Source of the DNA: Patescibacteria group bacterium
Lineage (GTDB): Bacteria > Patescibacteriota > Microgenomatia > Curtissbacterales > GWA2-41-24
Assembly: GCA_038063735.1 (NCBI GenBank)
Contig: JBBTUN010000005.1
Coordinates: 953-64,952, forward strand
DNA length: 64,000 nt
Reading direction: 5' to 3'
Shown piece after piece: positions 1 to 9,368 of this stretch. Position 1 is the stretch's first letter, and every line of letters starts with the position of its first letter. Below the pieces are notes generated by a model. It made no database searches, was not told the origin of the DNA, and saw only the letters and a program-made list of their open reading frames with translations. The position numbers and the translations under genes are program-made.

Positions 1-1
1 T

Positions 2-973
2 TCAAAATATCACAACATAAGCCTAAGAGAATTTGCCCTTAAAAAAGGAATGTCTCTTTCTGAACACGGCATTAAATACAAAGGCAAACTATATAAGTTC
101 CCCAACGAAGTCTCCTTTTACAAGTTCCTGGGTCTTGATTATATAGAACCGGAGCTAAGAGAAGACAATGGAGAAATAGAAGCAGCTATGCACTCCGCAC
201 AGGGTAAAAGCGATGGCCTGCCCAAACTGGTAGAGCTAAAAGATATAAAAGGAGATTTGCATATTCATTCCGACTATCCAATAGAACCAAGTCACGATCT
301 GGGGACAAGCTCTCAGGAAGTGTTGGTTAAAAGAGGAAAACAACTTAAATATGAATATATTGGCCTGTCAGATCACTCACCGGGTGTTTCAAATCATACA
401 AAAACCCAAATTATCGAACTAATTAAGAAGAGAAAAGATAAAATAGAACACTTAAAATCCTCATTTAAAAATATAAGAATACTAAATTTACTCGAAATAG
501 ATATTTTAGCCAGCGGCGAGCTGTCCGTTCCACCGGAAGGGCTAAATTTGCTGGATGGGGCAATTGCCGGCATTCACTCAAACCACAATCAGGATAAGGC
601 CACCATTACTAAAAGATTATTAACGGCAATAAGCCACCCAAAAGTTAAAGTGATTTCTCACCCAACCGGTAGAATGTTGGGTCAGCGCGAGGGCAGTGAT
701 GCCGACTGGGAAATTATATTTAAAGCATGCTCCAAAACCAATACTTATTTAGAAATAAACGCTTGGCCAACCAGGCTGGATTTACCGGACACGCTTGTTT
801 TTAAAGCAAAAAAATTTGGCGTAAAGTTTGTTACAAGTACCGATTCTCACGACGTTAGGCATATGGACAACATGAATTTTGCACTGTCGGTGGCCCGACG
901 CGGTTGGGCGACAAAGAAAGATATAATCAATTCTCTAGCTTCTATTGAATTTGCGCGAGTTTTTGAGATATAA
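2..973 (+). CDS. DNA polymerase X family protein, C-terminal part with PHP phosphoesterase domain (5' end lies outside window; Met at 50 is internal)
   Basis: The frame is open from base 2 with no upstream stop. 'LGLDYIEPELRE' is the linker typical of bacterial PolX, followed by PHP motifs 'GDLHIHSDY', 'SDHSP' and 'ISHPTGR'. Confidence 0.7.
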   Translation, partial: SKYHNISLREFALKKGMSLSEHGIKYKGKLYKFPNEVSFYKFLGLDYIEPELREDNGEIEAAMHSAQGKSDGLPKLVELKDIKGDLHIHSDYPIEPSHDLGTSSQEVLVKRGKQLKYEYIGLSDHSPGVSNHTKTQIIELIKKRKDKIEHLKSSFKNIRILNLLEIDILASGELSVPPEGLNLLDGAIAGIHSNHNQDKATITKRLLTAISHPKVKVISHPTGRMLGQREGSDADWEIIFKACSKTNTYLEINAWPTRLDLPDTLVFKAKKFGVKFVTSTDSHDVRHMDNMNFALSVARRGWATKKDIINSLASIEFARVFEI

Positions 974-981
974 TCATTGCG

Positions 982-1533
982 ATGATACCTACATATGTTG
1001 TTTTAGGAATTATTGTTGTTGTTGGAATTTTCCTATGGAGCCTGTATAACGGTTTGGTTACAGCCCGCCTTAGGATAAAAGAAGCTTGGTCCCAAATAGA
1101 AGTCCAGCTTAAAAGAAGATCATCACTAATTCCGAACCTCATGGAAACCGTCAAGGGCTATGCCAAGCATGAGAAAGAAGTTTTCGAAAATGTTACCAAA
1201 GCCAGATCAGCAATGCTTGGTGCCAAAAACCCCAAAGAAGCTGCTACAGCGGATAATCAACTAACAGGTGCCTTAAAAACTCTTTTTGCAGTGGCCGAAG
1301 CTTATCCCAAATTAAATGCCTCCGACAATTTTAAAGAACTCCAGGAAGAACTTTCGGACACAGAAACAAAAATTGCTGCTTCCCGTCAGTTTTATAACGC
1401 CAATGTACTGGACTACAATACAAAGATAAAAGTTTTTCCAAACGTAATCTTAGCTGGCTTTCTGGGGTTTAAGGAAGAAGAATTTTTTGAAGCTGGCGAA
1501 GAAGCCCAAAAAGACATTAAAGTTAAATTTTAA
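982..1533 (+). CDS. lemA: LemA family membrane protein
   Basis: N-terminal TM helix followed by the LemA signature 'YNGLVTARLRIKEAWSQIEVQLKRRSSLIPNLMETVKGYAKHEKEVFENVTKAR'. Confidence 0.85.
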   Translation: MIPTYVVLGIIVVVGIFLWSLYNGLVTARLRIKEAWSQIEVQLKRRSSLIPNLMETVKGYAKHEKEVFENVTKARSAMLGAKNPKEAATADNQLTGALKTLFAVAEAYPKLNASDNFKELQEELSDTETKIAASRQFYNANVLDYNTKIKVFPNVILAGFLGFKEEEFFEAGEEAQKDIKVKF

Positions 1534-2438
1534 TGAACTCCCCAAAAATTTTTGCCGGTTCATCAAATGTAAGCCTCACAAAAAAAGTATCAGAGCTCTC
1601 GCGAATTCCACTGGGGAAGATAGATCTGGGTAAATTTTCCGACAGCGAAATAGATGTTTGGGTTGAGGATGACGTAAACAACACAAACGTATTTGTACTT
1701 CAGTCTAATTCCAATCCGGTTAACGATAACATCATAGAACTTGCCCTAATTGCAGATGCCCTAAAGCGCTCGGGCTCTCACTGGATTACGGCAATTATTC
1801 CTTACTTTGGCTATTCCAGAAAAGAAAAGCAATCCCGCCGCGGCGAGCCAATATCTGCCAAGGTGATTGCAGATTTAATAATAGAAAGCGGAGTTAATAA
1901 AGTAATTTGCCTAGATTTGCATGCAGATGCGATTGTCGGCTTTTTTAACGTGCCGGTAATATACTTATCCGCCCTGGAAGTTCTTGCAACAAAATTAAAA
2001 GAAGAAAACCCGACAAACCCAATTGTGGTTGCTCCGGACGTAGGTGGTGTAAAGCGTGCTCGCAACTTCGCATCCATTCTTTCCGCACCACTTGCTGTTA
2101 TAGAAAAGCACAGACAAGTAAACTCCCGGGACAAAATGGAAGTCTTGTCTATGTCAGGGGAAGTCTCTGGCGATACAGCAATAATTATTGACGACGTAAT
2201 CTCAACCGGCGGAACAATAGTACAAAGCGCAAAGGCTCTTTATGAAAAAGGCGTAAAAAAGATTATCGTTTGTGCAACCCACGGAGTTTTTGCGGGAGAC
2301 GCAGTTAAAAACCTCGAGAACAGTCCTGTTGATAAAATAATTGTCACAGATAGCATTCCCCAAAACCAAAAAAGCAAAAAAATAGAAGTCGTATCTGTTG
2401 CCCCGCTAATCGCAAGATGCTTGGCTGAGGAAATCTAG
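1533..2438 (+). CDS. prs: ribose-phosphate pyrophosphokinase (PRPP synthetase)
   Basis: Full-length Prs-like sequence ('IFAGSSN', 'DSEIDV', 'VAPDVGGVKRAR', 'AIIIDDVISTGGTI'). Start overlaps the lemA stop (ATGA). Confidence 0.9.
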   Translation: MNSPKIFAGSSNVSLTKKVSELSRIPLGKIDLGKFSDSEIDVWVEDDVNNTNVFVLQSNSNPVNDNIIELALIADALKRSGSHWITAIIPYFGYSRKEKQSRRGEPISAKVIADLIIESGVNKVICLDLHADAIVGFFNVPVIYLSALEVLATKLKEENPTNPIVVAPDVGGVKRARNFASILSAPLAVIEKHRQVNSRDKMEVLSMSGEVSGDTAIIIDDVISTGGTIVQSAKALYEKGVKKIIVCATHGVFAGDAVKNLENSPVDKIIVTDSIPQNQKSKKIEVVSVAPLIARCLAEEI

Positions 2439-3217
2439 TGAATTTCGCCGACAAACTTTCCCGAATCACAGGTAAAAACAATAGCCTTCTTTGCATAGGG
2501 CTCGATCCGGATATCGGGAAAATTTCCGAAAATCTCTCAATATTTGAGTTCAACAAATCAATAATCGATTCAACTTCAGACTTAGTTTGTGCCTATAAGC
2601 CAAACATCGCCTTTTACGAAGCATATGGTATAGACGGTTTAATCCAACTCAAGTCAACCATCGATTATTTAAAAAAAGAGCATCCCCAAATACCAATCGT
2701 ACTTGACGCCAAAAGAGCAGACATCCCAAATACTGCCAAGATGTACGCTAAAGCCTTCTTTGAATATTGGCAGGCAGACGCAGTCACTGTCTATCCGAAC
2801 CTGGGGCTGGATTCTATAAAACCGTTTTTAGAGTACGAAGACAAATTAACAATTTTACTTATTAAAACTTCAAATGCCGATTCGGGAATGTTTCAAAATA
2901 TTCAAACTAAAAATGGCCCGTATTACTTGGACCTTGCCAAAACCATTAGTCGCTGGCACTACGATAATCTCGGAATTTTCGTCGGAGCGACTTACCCTCA
3001 AGAGCTAAGGGTAGTGCGCGAAATATTTCCTGATAAAATTTTTCTATCCGCCGGTTTCGGCGCGCAAGAGGGAGAAGTAGGGCACGCGGTGAAAGCCGGG
3101 ATTGATAAAAACAGTGCAGGGATTATGTTTAACGCCAGTCGTAGTATAATCTACAGCCAGGGTCCAAAATCTGCCGCACAAAAATTAAGAGATGAAATCA
3201 ACAAATATCGAAAGTAA
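2438..3217 (+). CDS. pyrF: orotidine 5'-phosphate decarboxylase (type 2)
   Basis: 'LCIGLDPD' N-terminal motif and 'VLDAKRADIPNT' are typical of type-2 OMP decarboxylase. The gene sits in a pyrF-pyrE-pyrD row. Confidence 0.85.
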   Translation: MNFADKLSRITGKNNSLLCIGLDPDIGKISENLSIFEFNKSIIDSTSDLVCAYKPNIAFYEAYGIDGLIQLKSTIDYLKKEHPQIPIVLDAKRADIPNTAKMYAKAFFEYWQADAVTVYPNLGLDSIKPFLEYEDKLTILLIKTSNADSGMFQNIQTKNGPYYLDLAKTISRWHYDNLGIFVGATYPQELRVVREIFPDKIFLSAGFGAQEGEVGHAVKAGIDKNSAGIMFNASRSIIYSQGPKSAAQKLRDEINKYRK

Positions 3218-3830
3218 AAAAGTCGCAGAGATCCTTCTCGATATCGGAGCTGTTTTATTTTCCCGCAACAAACCTTTTAAATTCGATTCCGGAATCTTGA
3301 GTCCGGTATACACGGATAATCGTTTAATAATTTCGCATCCTAAGGAGCGCGAAAAAGTAGTCGCGCTTTTCGTAAACAAGATAAAAGAAATTGGCATCCC
3401 GGATGTCGTTGCCGGAACGGCAACTGCCGGCATCCCGCACGCTGCGTTTATCGCCCAAAAGTTAAAAATCCCAATGGTGTACGTACGGTCAAAACCAAAA
3501 GAGCATGGTCGCGGCAACCAGGTAGAAGGCCAATTGAAAAGAGGGCAAAAAATAATTGTTGTTGAAGATTTAATTTCTACAGCAGGTTCATCGATAAGGG
3601 TGGTGGAAGCTCTTCGAAAACAAGGTGCAATCGTTACCGACGCAATCGCCATTTTTACCTATAATTTAGATGCTGCGATCGATAATCTCAAAAAGGCTAA
3701 GATTAAATTACATGCCCTGACCAATCTGAGCGATGCCTGTGAAGTTGCCAGGAAAAAAGGGTTTCTGAAGGCAGGACAGATAAACGCAATACAAGCATGG
3801 GCAAAAGACCCAAAAAGTTGGAAACAGTGA
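3192..3830 (+). CDS. pyrE: orotate phosphoribosyltransferase
   Basis: 'FKFDSGILSPVYTDNR' and the PRPP-binding motif 'IIVVEDLISTAGS'. Confidence 0.85.
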   Translation: MKSTNIESKKVAEILLDIGAVLFSRNKPFKFDSGILSPVYTDNRLIISHPKEREKVVALFVNKIKEIGIPDVVAGTATAGIPHAAFIAQKLKIPMVYVRSKPKEHGRGNQVEGQLKRGQKIIVVEDLISTAGSSIRVVEALRKQGAIVTDAIAIFTYNLDAAIDNLKKAKIKLHALTNLSDACEVARKKGFLKAGQINAIQAWAKDPKSWKQ

Positions 3831-3837
3831 ATGAAGT

Positions 3838-4779
3838 TTGAATAAAATGACAGATATATCAACAAAAATTGCAGGTGTAAAACTCGAAACTTGCGTTATC
3901 AATACCTCAGGGCCCGCTGACGAAACGCTAAAGCAGCTAGAAATTATCGCCAAATCGGCTTCCTCCGCAATCACAATGAAATCTTGCACACTTGAAGCGC
4001 GGGAAGGAAATCCGCAACCTCGGTATGCAAATCTTGAATTTGGCTCAATAAACTCAATGGGTTTGCCTAATTTGGGATATAAGGCTTATGTTGAATTTTC
4101 CAAAATTCTAAAGAAGAAATATAAAAAACCGATAGTTGCCAGTATATCCGGGATGAGCCTGGAAGACAATATAAAAATATTTAAAGCTTTTAACAATTCA
4201 CCAGTTGATATTATAGAATTTAATCCAGGTTCGCCAAACACAATTGGCAAACCAATTGTGGGTTATGACCCAAAAGAAACTGAAAGGTTACTAAAAGGTG
4301 TATCAAGAGTAGCAAAAAAACCTTTTGGGGTTAAGCTGCCCCCATATTTCGACTTAAACCAGTATGAAGAAATTGCCAAAGTCATTAAAAAATATCCCGT
4401 AAAATTCGTAACTTGCATAAACTCAGTTGGCAATGGTCTTGCAATAGATCCAAAAACGGAAAGACCACTTATCAAACCAAAAGGTGGCTTTGGTGGCATA
4501 GGCGGTAGATATATAAAGTTTGCAGCTCTTGCAAACGTCCGCAGGTTCTATGAAATTTTTGAAGATAAAATCCAAGTGATTGGAGTCGGAGGGGTTTATT
4601 CTGGAACAGATGCTTTCGAATTTATCCTTGCTGGTGCATCGGCAATTCAAATCGGGACAGCTTTTTTACAAAATGGATCTGGGATTTTTGCCAAAGTCCA
4701 AAAAGAGTTAAAATTAATAATGGACAAAAAGGGATATAAGAAAATCTCTGATTTCCGAGGGAAACTTAAACCTCTTTAA
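3838..4779 (+). CDS. pyrD: dihydroorotate dehydrogenase (class 1)
   Basis: 'TSGPAD', 'NLGY' and 'GVGGVYSGTDAFEFILAGASAIQIGTA' are typical of class 1 DHODH catalytic subunits. Confidence 0.85.
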   Translation: MNKMTDISTKIAGVKLETCVINTSGPADETLKQLEIIAKSASSAITMKSCTLEAREGNPQPRYANLEFGSINSMGLPNLGYKAYVEFSKILKKKYKKPIVASISGMSLEDNIKIFKAFNNSPVDIIEFNPGSPNTIGKPIVGYDPKETERLLKGVSRVAKKPFGVKLPPYFDLNQYEEIAKVIKKYPVKFVTCINSVGNGLAIDPKTERPLIKPKGGFGGIGGRYIKFAALANVRRFYEIFEDKIQVIGVGGVYSGTDAFEFILAGASAIQIGTAFLQNGSGIFAKVQKELKLIMDKKGYKKISDFRGKLKPL

Positions 4780-5306
4780 ATCTTCGTAATCTTTTCCGCG
4801 GGACAGATCCAGACTTGAATAGTCCTTTGGCGAATGGGATTTTTGCCTTTTCCATCCCTGCCGTCAAATTCAAACGCAGCAACCTGCTGATATTTACCAA
4901 GCTCCAGTTTTCCGGATAAAACAGGTACCACAACACTTGGGTGCGAGTAAGTCAATGTCCGAATATGGGCAGCCGCATTGTAATCTTCGTCAATCTCATT
5001 GCAGTACGGATTATCCTGACACCTGTGTCTGTAATCTGTTGTAGGGTGGGCATATTCTTTGGAAACTCGGGTAGATCTTCTGTCTTCCGGAATTGTATGG
5101 AGTGTGTGATGCAAAATATCCTTTAGAAGGTTTGGTTCTGCGATTTCGTTAACAACAATCCCCAACGTCGTATGTTTGGTATTCACGAAGACAAAACCTT
5201 CGCGCACTTTGGCCCTTATAATTGCGGCATTGATTTTATCCGTTATATCCAAAAAATACGTAGATTCTGTTGAAGGAAACTTTATTTCGTGTAAAAAAGC
5301 TCTCAT
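4776..5306 (-). CDS. YjbQ/UPF0047 family protein (secondary thiamine-phosphate synthase-like)
   Basis: 'FVFVNTKHTTLGIVVNEIAE', 'AAAHIRTLTYSHPSVVVPV', 'GKLELGKYQQVAAFEFDG' match the YjbQ fold pattern, with an extra insert. Confidence 0.6.
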   Translation of the reverse strand: MRAFLHEIKFPSTESTYFLDITDKINAAIIRAKVREGFVFVNTKHTTLGIVVNEIAEPNLLKDILHHTLHTIPEDRRSTRVSKEYAHPTTDYRHRCQDNPYCNEIDEDYNAAAHIRTLTYSHPSVVVPVLSGKLELGKYQQVAAFEFDGRDGKGKNPIRQRTIQVWICPAEKITKI

Positions 5307-5393
5307 TAAAACTTAACAACAATTCTAACATGTCTCGCAAGTTTAAACTGCAGTTGATATTAAGGTATAATTCAACCTAAATCGGGAGCATTC

Positions 5394-6305
5394 ATGACGG
5401 CCTATACCCAAGTATCTGCAAACAAACTCAAAACGTGGTTAATTATGTTTTTCTTTGCCACATTTTTAACAGCAGTTATTTTTATCTTTGCCAGTGCGTG
5501 GGGGTTTGATTATCCTTCTGCGCTAAGCTTTTCGGGATTTGCACTAATTATCGCAGGCATTATGAATTTTTTTAGCTATTACAACAGTGACAAAATTGTT
5601 ATGGCAATATCCGGCGCCAAACAAATTCAAAAAAAAGATGACCCAACGCTGTTTAGAACAATAGAAAACTTAAGTATTGCCTCCGGTTTACCAATGCCGA
5701 AGGTTTACATAATAAACGACAGCGCGCCCAACGCGTTTGCAACAGGTCGTGATCCACAGCACGCAGCAATTGCTTTTACAACCGGAATTCTCGAGAAGCT
5801 CAATAAATTAGAATTAGAAGGGGTAGCGGCGCACGAACTTTCACACGTGGGCAATTACGACACTCGCCTTATGGCAATTGTATCGATTCTCGTTGGAACA
5901 ATAGCATTGGCAGCTGATTTTTTCCTGAGAATCTCCTTCTTTTCCCGAGGTGACAGAGACGACGACAGGCAAGGCAATGCAATTTTTATGGTGCTGGGGC
6001 TGGTAATGGCAATTCTTGCACCAATTGTGGCGACGCTAATTCAACTAGCTATCTCCCGCAAAAGAGAGTTTCTGGCAGACGCATCCAGTGCACTTTTAAC
6101 ACGCGATCCGGATTCTCTTGCCAACGCTCTACTTAAAATTTCAGCAGACAAAGAACCACTGGAAGTTGCCAATAAAGCAACAGCGCACTTGTATATTACA
6201 AACCCGCTAAAAAATAACAAAGACGCAAGGAGTATGTTTGCCAATCTCTTTAACACTCACCCACCGATTACCGATAGAGTAAAAGCCCTACGCGCAATGC
6301 AATAA
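5394..6305 (+). CDS. htpX: zinc metalloprotease HtpX (M48 family)
   Basis: TM helices, 'HELSHV' HEXXH zinc motif, and C-terminal 'NTHPPITDRVKAL'. Confidence 0.85.
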   Translation: MTAYTQVSANKLKTWLIMFFFATFLTAVIFIFASAWGFDYPSALSFSGFALIIAGIMNFFSYYNSDKIVMAISGAKQIQKKDDPTLFRTIENLSIASGLPMPKVYIINDSAPNAFATGRDPQHAAIAFTTGILEKLNKLELEGVAAHELSHVGNYDTRLMAIVSILVGTIALAADFFLRISFFSRGDRDDDRQGNAIFMVLGLVMAILAPIVATLIQLAISRKREFLADASSALLTRDPDSLANALLKISADKEPLEVANKATAHLYITNPLKNNKDARSMFANLFNTHPPITDRVKALRAMQ

Positions 6306-6310
6306 CAAAT

Positions 6311-6604
6311 ATGTCAAAAGTCAAAATAGATATTAATCATATTGCAAAGCTAGCAAATTTACCGCTGTCTGCGGAGGAAGAAAAAACTTACGACAAACAA
6401 TTAACCGCCATTTTAGAATATGTAAAGCATGTCGAGTCTGTCGACACAAAAGACGTAGAACCAACGTTTAACGTTACCCCGAACAAAAATATTACTCGCA
6501 AAGACACTGCGAGTAAATCTCTTACTCAAGACGAAGCATTAAATAACGTATCAAACAAAAAAAATGGTTTTGTGGTAACCGGAGGGGTCTTTGAAAATGA
6601 GTGA
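6311..6604 (+). CDS. gatC: Asp-tRNA(Asn)/Glu-tRNA(Gln) amidotransferase subunit C
   Basis: Small protein 'IDINHIAKLANLPLSAEEEKTY...' immediately upstream of and overlapping gatA. Confidence 0.8.
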   Translation: MSKVKIDINHIAKLANLPLSAEEEKTYDKQLTAILEYVKHVESVDTKDVEPTFNVTPNKNITRKDTASKSLTQDEALNNVSNKKNGFVVTGGVFENE

Positions 6605-7946
6605 TTTAACTCAACTTACTCTCACAGAAACAATCAGCGGTTTGGAGAAAAAAGATTTTTCTACAGAGGAACTAAACGGTGCATATTTAACAAGAATAAA
6701 AAAACTAAACCCAAAACTTAATTCATATTTATTTGTAAACGAAGAATCTAACAAAATTCCCGCTGCAATTAAAGACATTATTTCGGTAAAAGGGATGCCT
6801 TTGACCTGCGGCTCAAAAATCCTGGAAGGTTATATTCCTCCATATAATGCTACCGTTATCAAAAAGCTAATGGCAAACAGCGTTTCTGTTCTGGGCAAAA
6901 CAAATCTTGACGAATTTGCCATGGGTTCATCAGGTGAAAACTCAGCCTATGAGAAAGCGAGAAATCCTTGGGATGTTTCAAAAGTTCCGGGTGGATCATC
7001 ATCCGGATCCGCAGTCGCTGTTGCCGCGGATCTTTGCGCTTTTGCACTTGGAACAGATACTGGTGGTTCCATCCGTCAGCCTGCATCTTTATGCGGAGTT
7101 GTTGGTCTCAAACCTAGTTACGGAAGGGTTTCCAGATACGGCGCCCAGTCAATGGCGTCGTCGCTTGACCAGATTGGGCCAATCACGAAAACTGTAGCCG
7201 ACGCAAGATTAGTTCTCAATTGGATTGAAGGGGCAGACGGAAAAGACAACAACGCAGTCCCAAATCCCAAATCCCAAATCCCAAATCCCAAATCGATAAA
7301 AGGTACAAAAATCGGTGTGCCGATTGAGTACTTTGCAAAGGGGCTGGATCAAGACGTCGAAGAAGTAATCAACACTGCCCTAAACAAATTAAAAGACCTT
7401 GGCGCAGAAACGGTAGAAGTGTCTCTCCCCCACACGCAATATTCCGTGGCAACTTATTATCTACTTATGGCCTCTGAAGTATCTTCCAATTTGGCAAGGT
7501 ATGACGGCATTCGTTTTGGAAAAGACAGGAGTAAGTTTGGACCGGAGGCAAAAAGAAGAATAATTCTGGGAACATTTGCACTGTCTGCAGGGTACTTTGA
7601 AGATTATTTCATAAAAGCTGCAAAAGTGAGAACTCTTATCAAACAGGATTTTGAAAAAGCTTTCCAAAAGTGCGACGTTATCGCCGGCCCTGTCTCGCCA
7701 ACAGTTGCCTGGAACTTAGGCGAAAAAATCAGCGACCCCCTAACAATGTACCTTTCCGATATTTACACGCTCTCAGCCTCACTTGCCGGTATTCCGGGCC
7801 TTTCCGTCCCTTGCGGTTTTTCGGCTGGTCTTCCGGTCGGTCTCCAACTGCTTGGCGAATATATGGACGAAGAAACAATATTATCAGTTGGTGAAATCTA
7901 TCAATCTGCAACAGATTGGCACAAACAAAAACCGGGTTTGAATTAA
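6591..7946 (+). CDS. gatA: Glu-tRNA(Gln) amidotransferase subunit A
   Basis: Amidase signature 'GGSSSGSAVAVAADLCAFALGTDTGGSIRQPASLCGVVGLKPSYG'. Contains an in-frame heptanucleotide repeat (listed separately). Confidence 0.9.
   Translation: MKMSDLTQLTLTETISGLEKKDFSTEELNGAYLTRIKKLNPKLNSYLFVNEESNKIPAAIKDIISVKGMPLTCGSKILEGYIPPYNATVIKKLMANSVSVLGKTNLDEFAMGSSGENSAYEKARNPWDVSKVPGGSSSGSAVAVAADLCAFALGTDTGGSIRQPASLCGVVGLKPSYGRVSRYGAQSMASSLDQIGPITKTVADARLVLNWIEGADGKDNNAVPNPKSQIPNPKSIKGTKIGVPIEYFAKGLDQDVEEVINTALNKLKDLGAETVEVSLPHTQYSVATYYLLMASEVSSNLARYDGIRFGKDRSKFGPEAKRRIILGTFALSAGYFEDYFIKAAKVRTLIKQDFEKAFQKCDVIAGPVSPTVAWNLGEKISDPLTMYLSDIYTLSASLAGIPGLSVPCGFSAGLPVGLQLLGEYMDEETILSVGEIYQSATDWHKQKPGLN
7259..7293. 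repeat. tandem heptanucleotide repeat (CCCAAAT)x5 inside gatA, encoding 'PNPKSQIPNPKS'
   Basis: Directly visible: five perfect CCCAAAT units at 7259-7293 followed by a partial unit. Confidence 0.9.
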
Positions 7947-7974
7947 GATTTATGAACTAAGTATATAAAAGCCT

Positions 7975-9312
7975 ATGGACAATCAACAATCAACCACCAA
8001 CAAATCTTGGGAAACAGTCATAGGCGTTGAAATCCATATAGAAACAAACACAAAAACCAAAATGTTTTGTGGCTGCTCTGCCGATTATTTTGGTGCCAAA
8101 CCAAATACCCACACCTGCCCTGTCTGCCTGGGGCTGCCAGGGGCTTTACCATTTATAAACCAGGAGGCGATAGAAAAATGTATAAAAATTGGTCTGGCTC
8201 TTGGGTGCAGCATAAGTGAACACTCACTCTTTGAACGTAAAAACTATTTTTACCCTGATTTGCCAAAAGGATACCAGATTTCCCAATACCGCTGGCCGCT
8301 TTGCACCAATGGGACAATTGAAATAGACGGGGAATATGGTAAAAAAACTATTCGGATTAATCGTGCGCATCAGGAAGAAGACACCGGAAAATTAACACAC
8401 ATTGGCAGTGAAACATTTATAGATTTTAACAGGTCAGGTTTGCCACTAGTCGAGGTGGTAACGGAAGCGGATTTTAGAAACTCTGAGGAGGTCCGTGACT
8501 ACGCAAAGAAGCTTCAACAAATCATAAAATCAATTGGAGTCTCCGAAGCCAATATGGAGAAAGGGGATATGCGCCTTGAGGCTAATGTTTCTGTTAGGCC
8601 CCAAGGACAAGAAGATTTGGCCCCTTACCGGGTAGAGTTAAAAAATATTAACAGTTTTAAATTCATTGGGGATGCCATAGATTATGAAGTCGAAAGACAA
8701 ATAAAATTATTAGAAAAAGGAGAAAAGATTACCCAGCATACAAGAGGCTATAACGAGCGCAAAAAAGAAACATTTTTACAGAGGGAAAAAGAAGAGGCAA
8801 ACGACTATAGATACTTTCCAGAGCCGGATTTACCGCCATTATCCGTAGCAAAAGAAGAAGTTGAAAAAATAAGAGCTGGTCTCGCAGAACTACCCGGCAA
8901 AAAAATAGCAAATCTTGAAAAAATTGGCGTTAGTGAAAAAGTTGCTGTGATAATTACAGCCAGCGACCAAAAGTTTGATATTTTCCAAGAAGCGATAACA
9001 AAGATTGATTCGGCCGAAATTGCACCTCTAGCAACATTTTTTGTCAATCAAGGATCCAAGAGCCAATCAGCAGAAGAGCTATTGGAGCTGTTCAAGAGTG
9101 TAACTCAACAAAAATCAACCCAAATTCAAGATGAAGGAGAGCTGACTAAAATAGCAAAAGAGGTAATTGGCGAAAACGAAAAGGTTATTGCTGATTATAA
9201 AAGCGGCAAATTAAACGCTGTGCAAATTCTAATAGGCCAATTAATGAAAAAAACCCAAGGAAAAGCCGACCCTATCAAGGCAAAAAATATCTTAGTAAAA
9301 CTACTCAGCTAG
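7975..9312 (+). CDS. gatB: Asp-tRNA(Asn)/Glu-tRNA(Gln) amidotransferase subunit B
   Basis: 'VIGVEIHIE', Cys cluster 'CGCSADYFG...CPVCLGLPG', and a C-terminal GatB/YqeY-like tail. Confidence 0.9.
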   Translation: MDNQQSTTNKSWETVIGVEIHIETNTKTKMFCGCSADYFGAKPNTHTCPVCLGLPGALPFINQEAIEKCIKIGLALGCSISEHSLFERKNYFYPDLPKGYQISQYRWPLCTNGTIEIDGEYGKKTIRINRAHQEEDTGKLTHIGSETFIDFNRSGLPLVEVVTEADFRNSEEVRDYAKKLQQIIKSIGVSEANMEKGDMRLEANVSVRPQGQEDLAPYRVELKNINSFKFIGDAIDYEVERQIKLLEKGEKITQHTRGYNERKKETFLQREKEEANDYRYFPEPDLPPLSVAKEEVEKIRAGLAELPGKKIANLEKIGVSEKVAVIITASDQKFDIFQEAITKIDSAEIAPLATFFVNQGSKSQSAEELLELFKSVTQQKSTQIQDEGELTKIAKEVIGENEKVIADYKSGKLNAVQILIGQLMKKTQGKADPIKAKNILVKLLS

Positions 9313-9368
9313 CAAAAGACCTGGCCTTAACTAAATACCTTCAAATAGTGCTAAAATAAGCCTAGATT

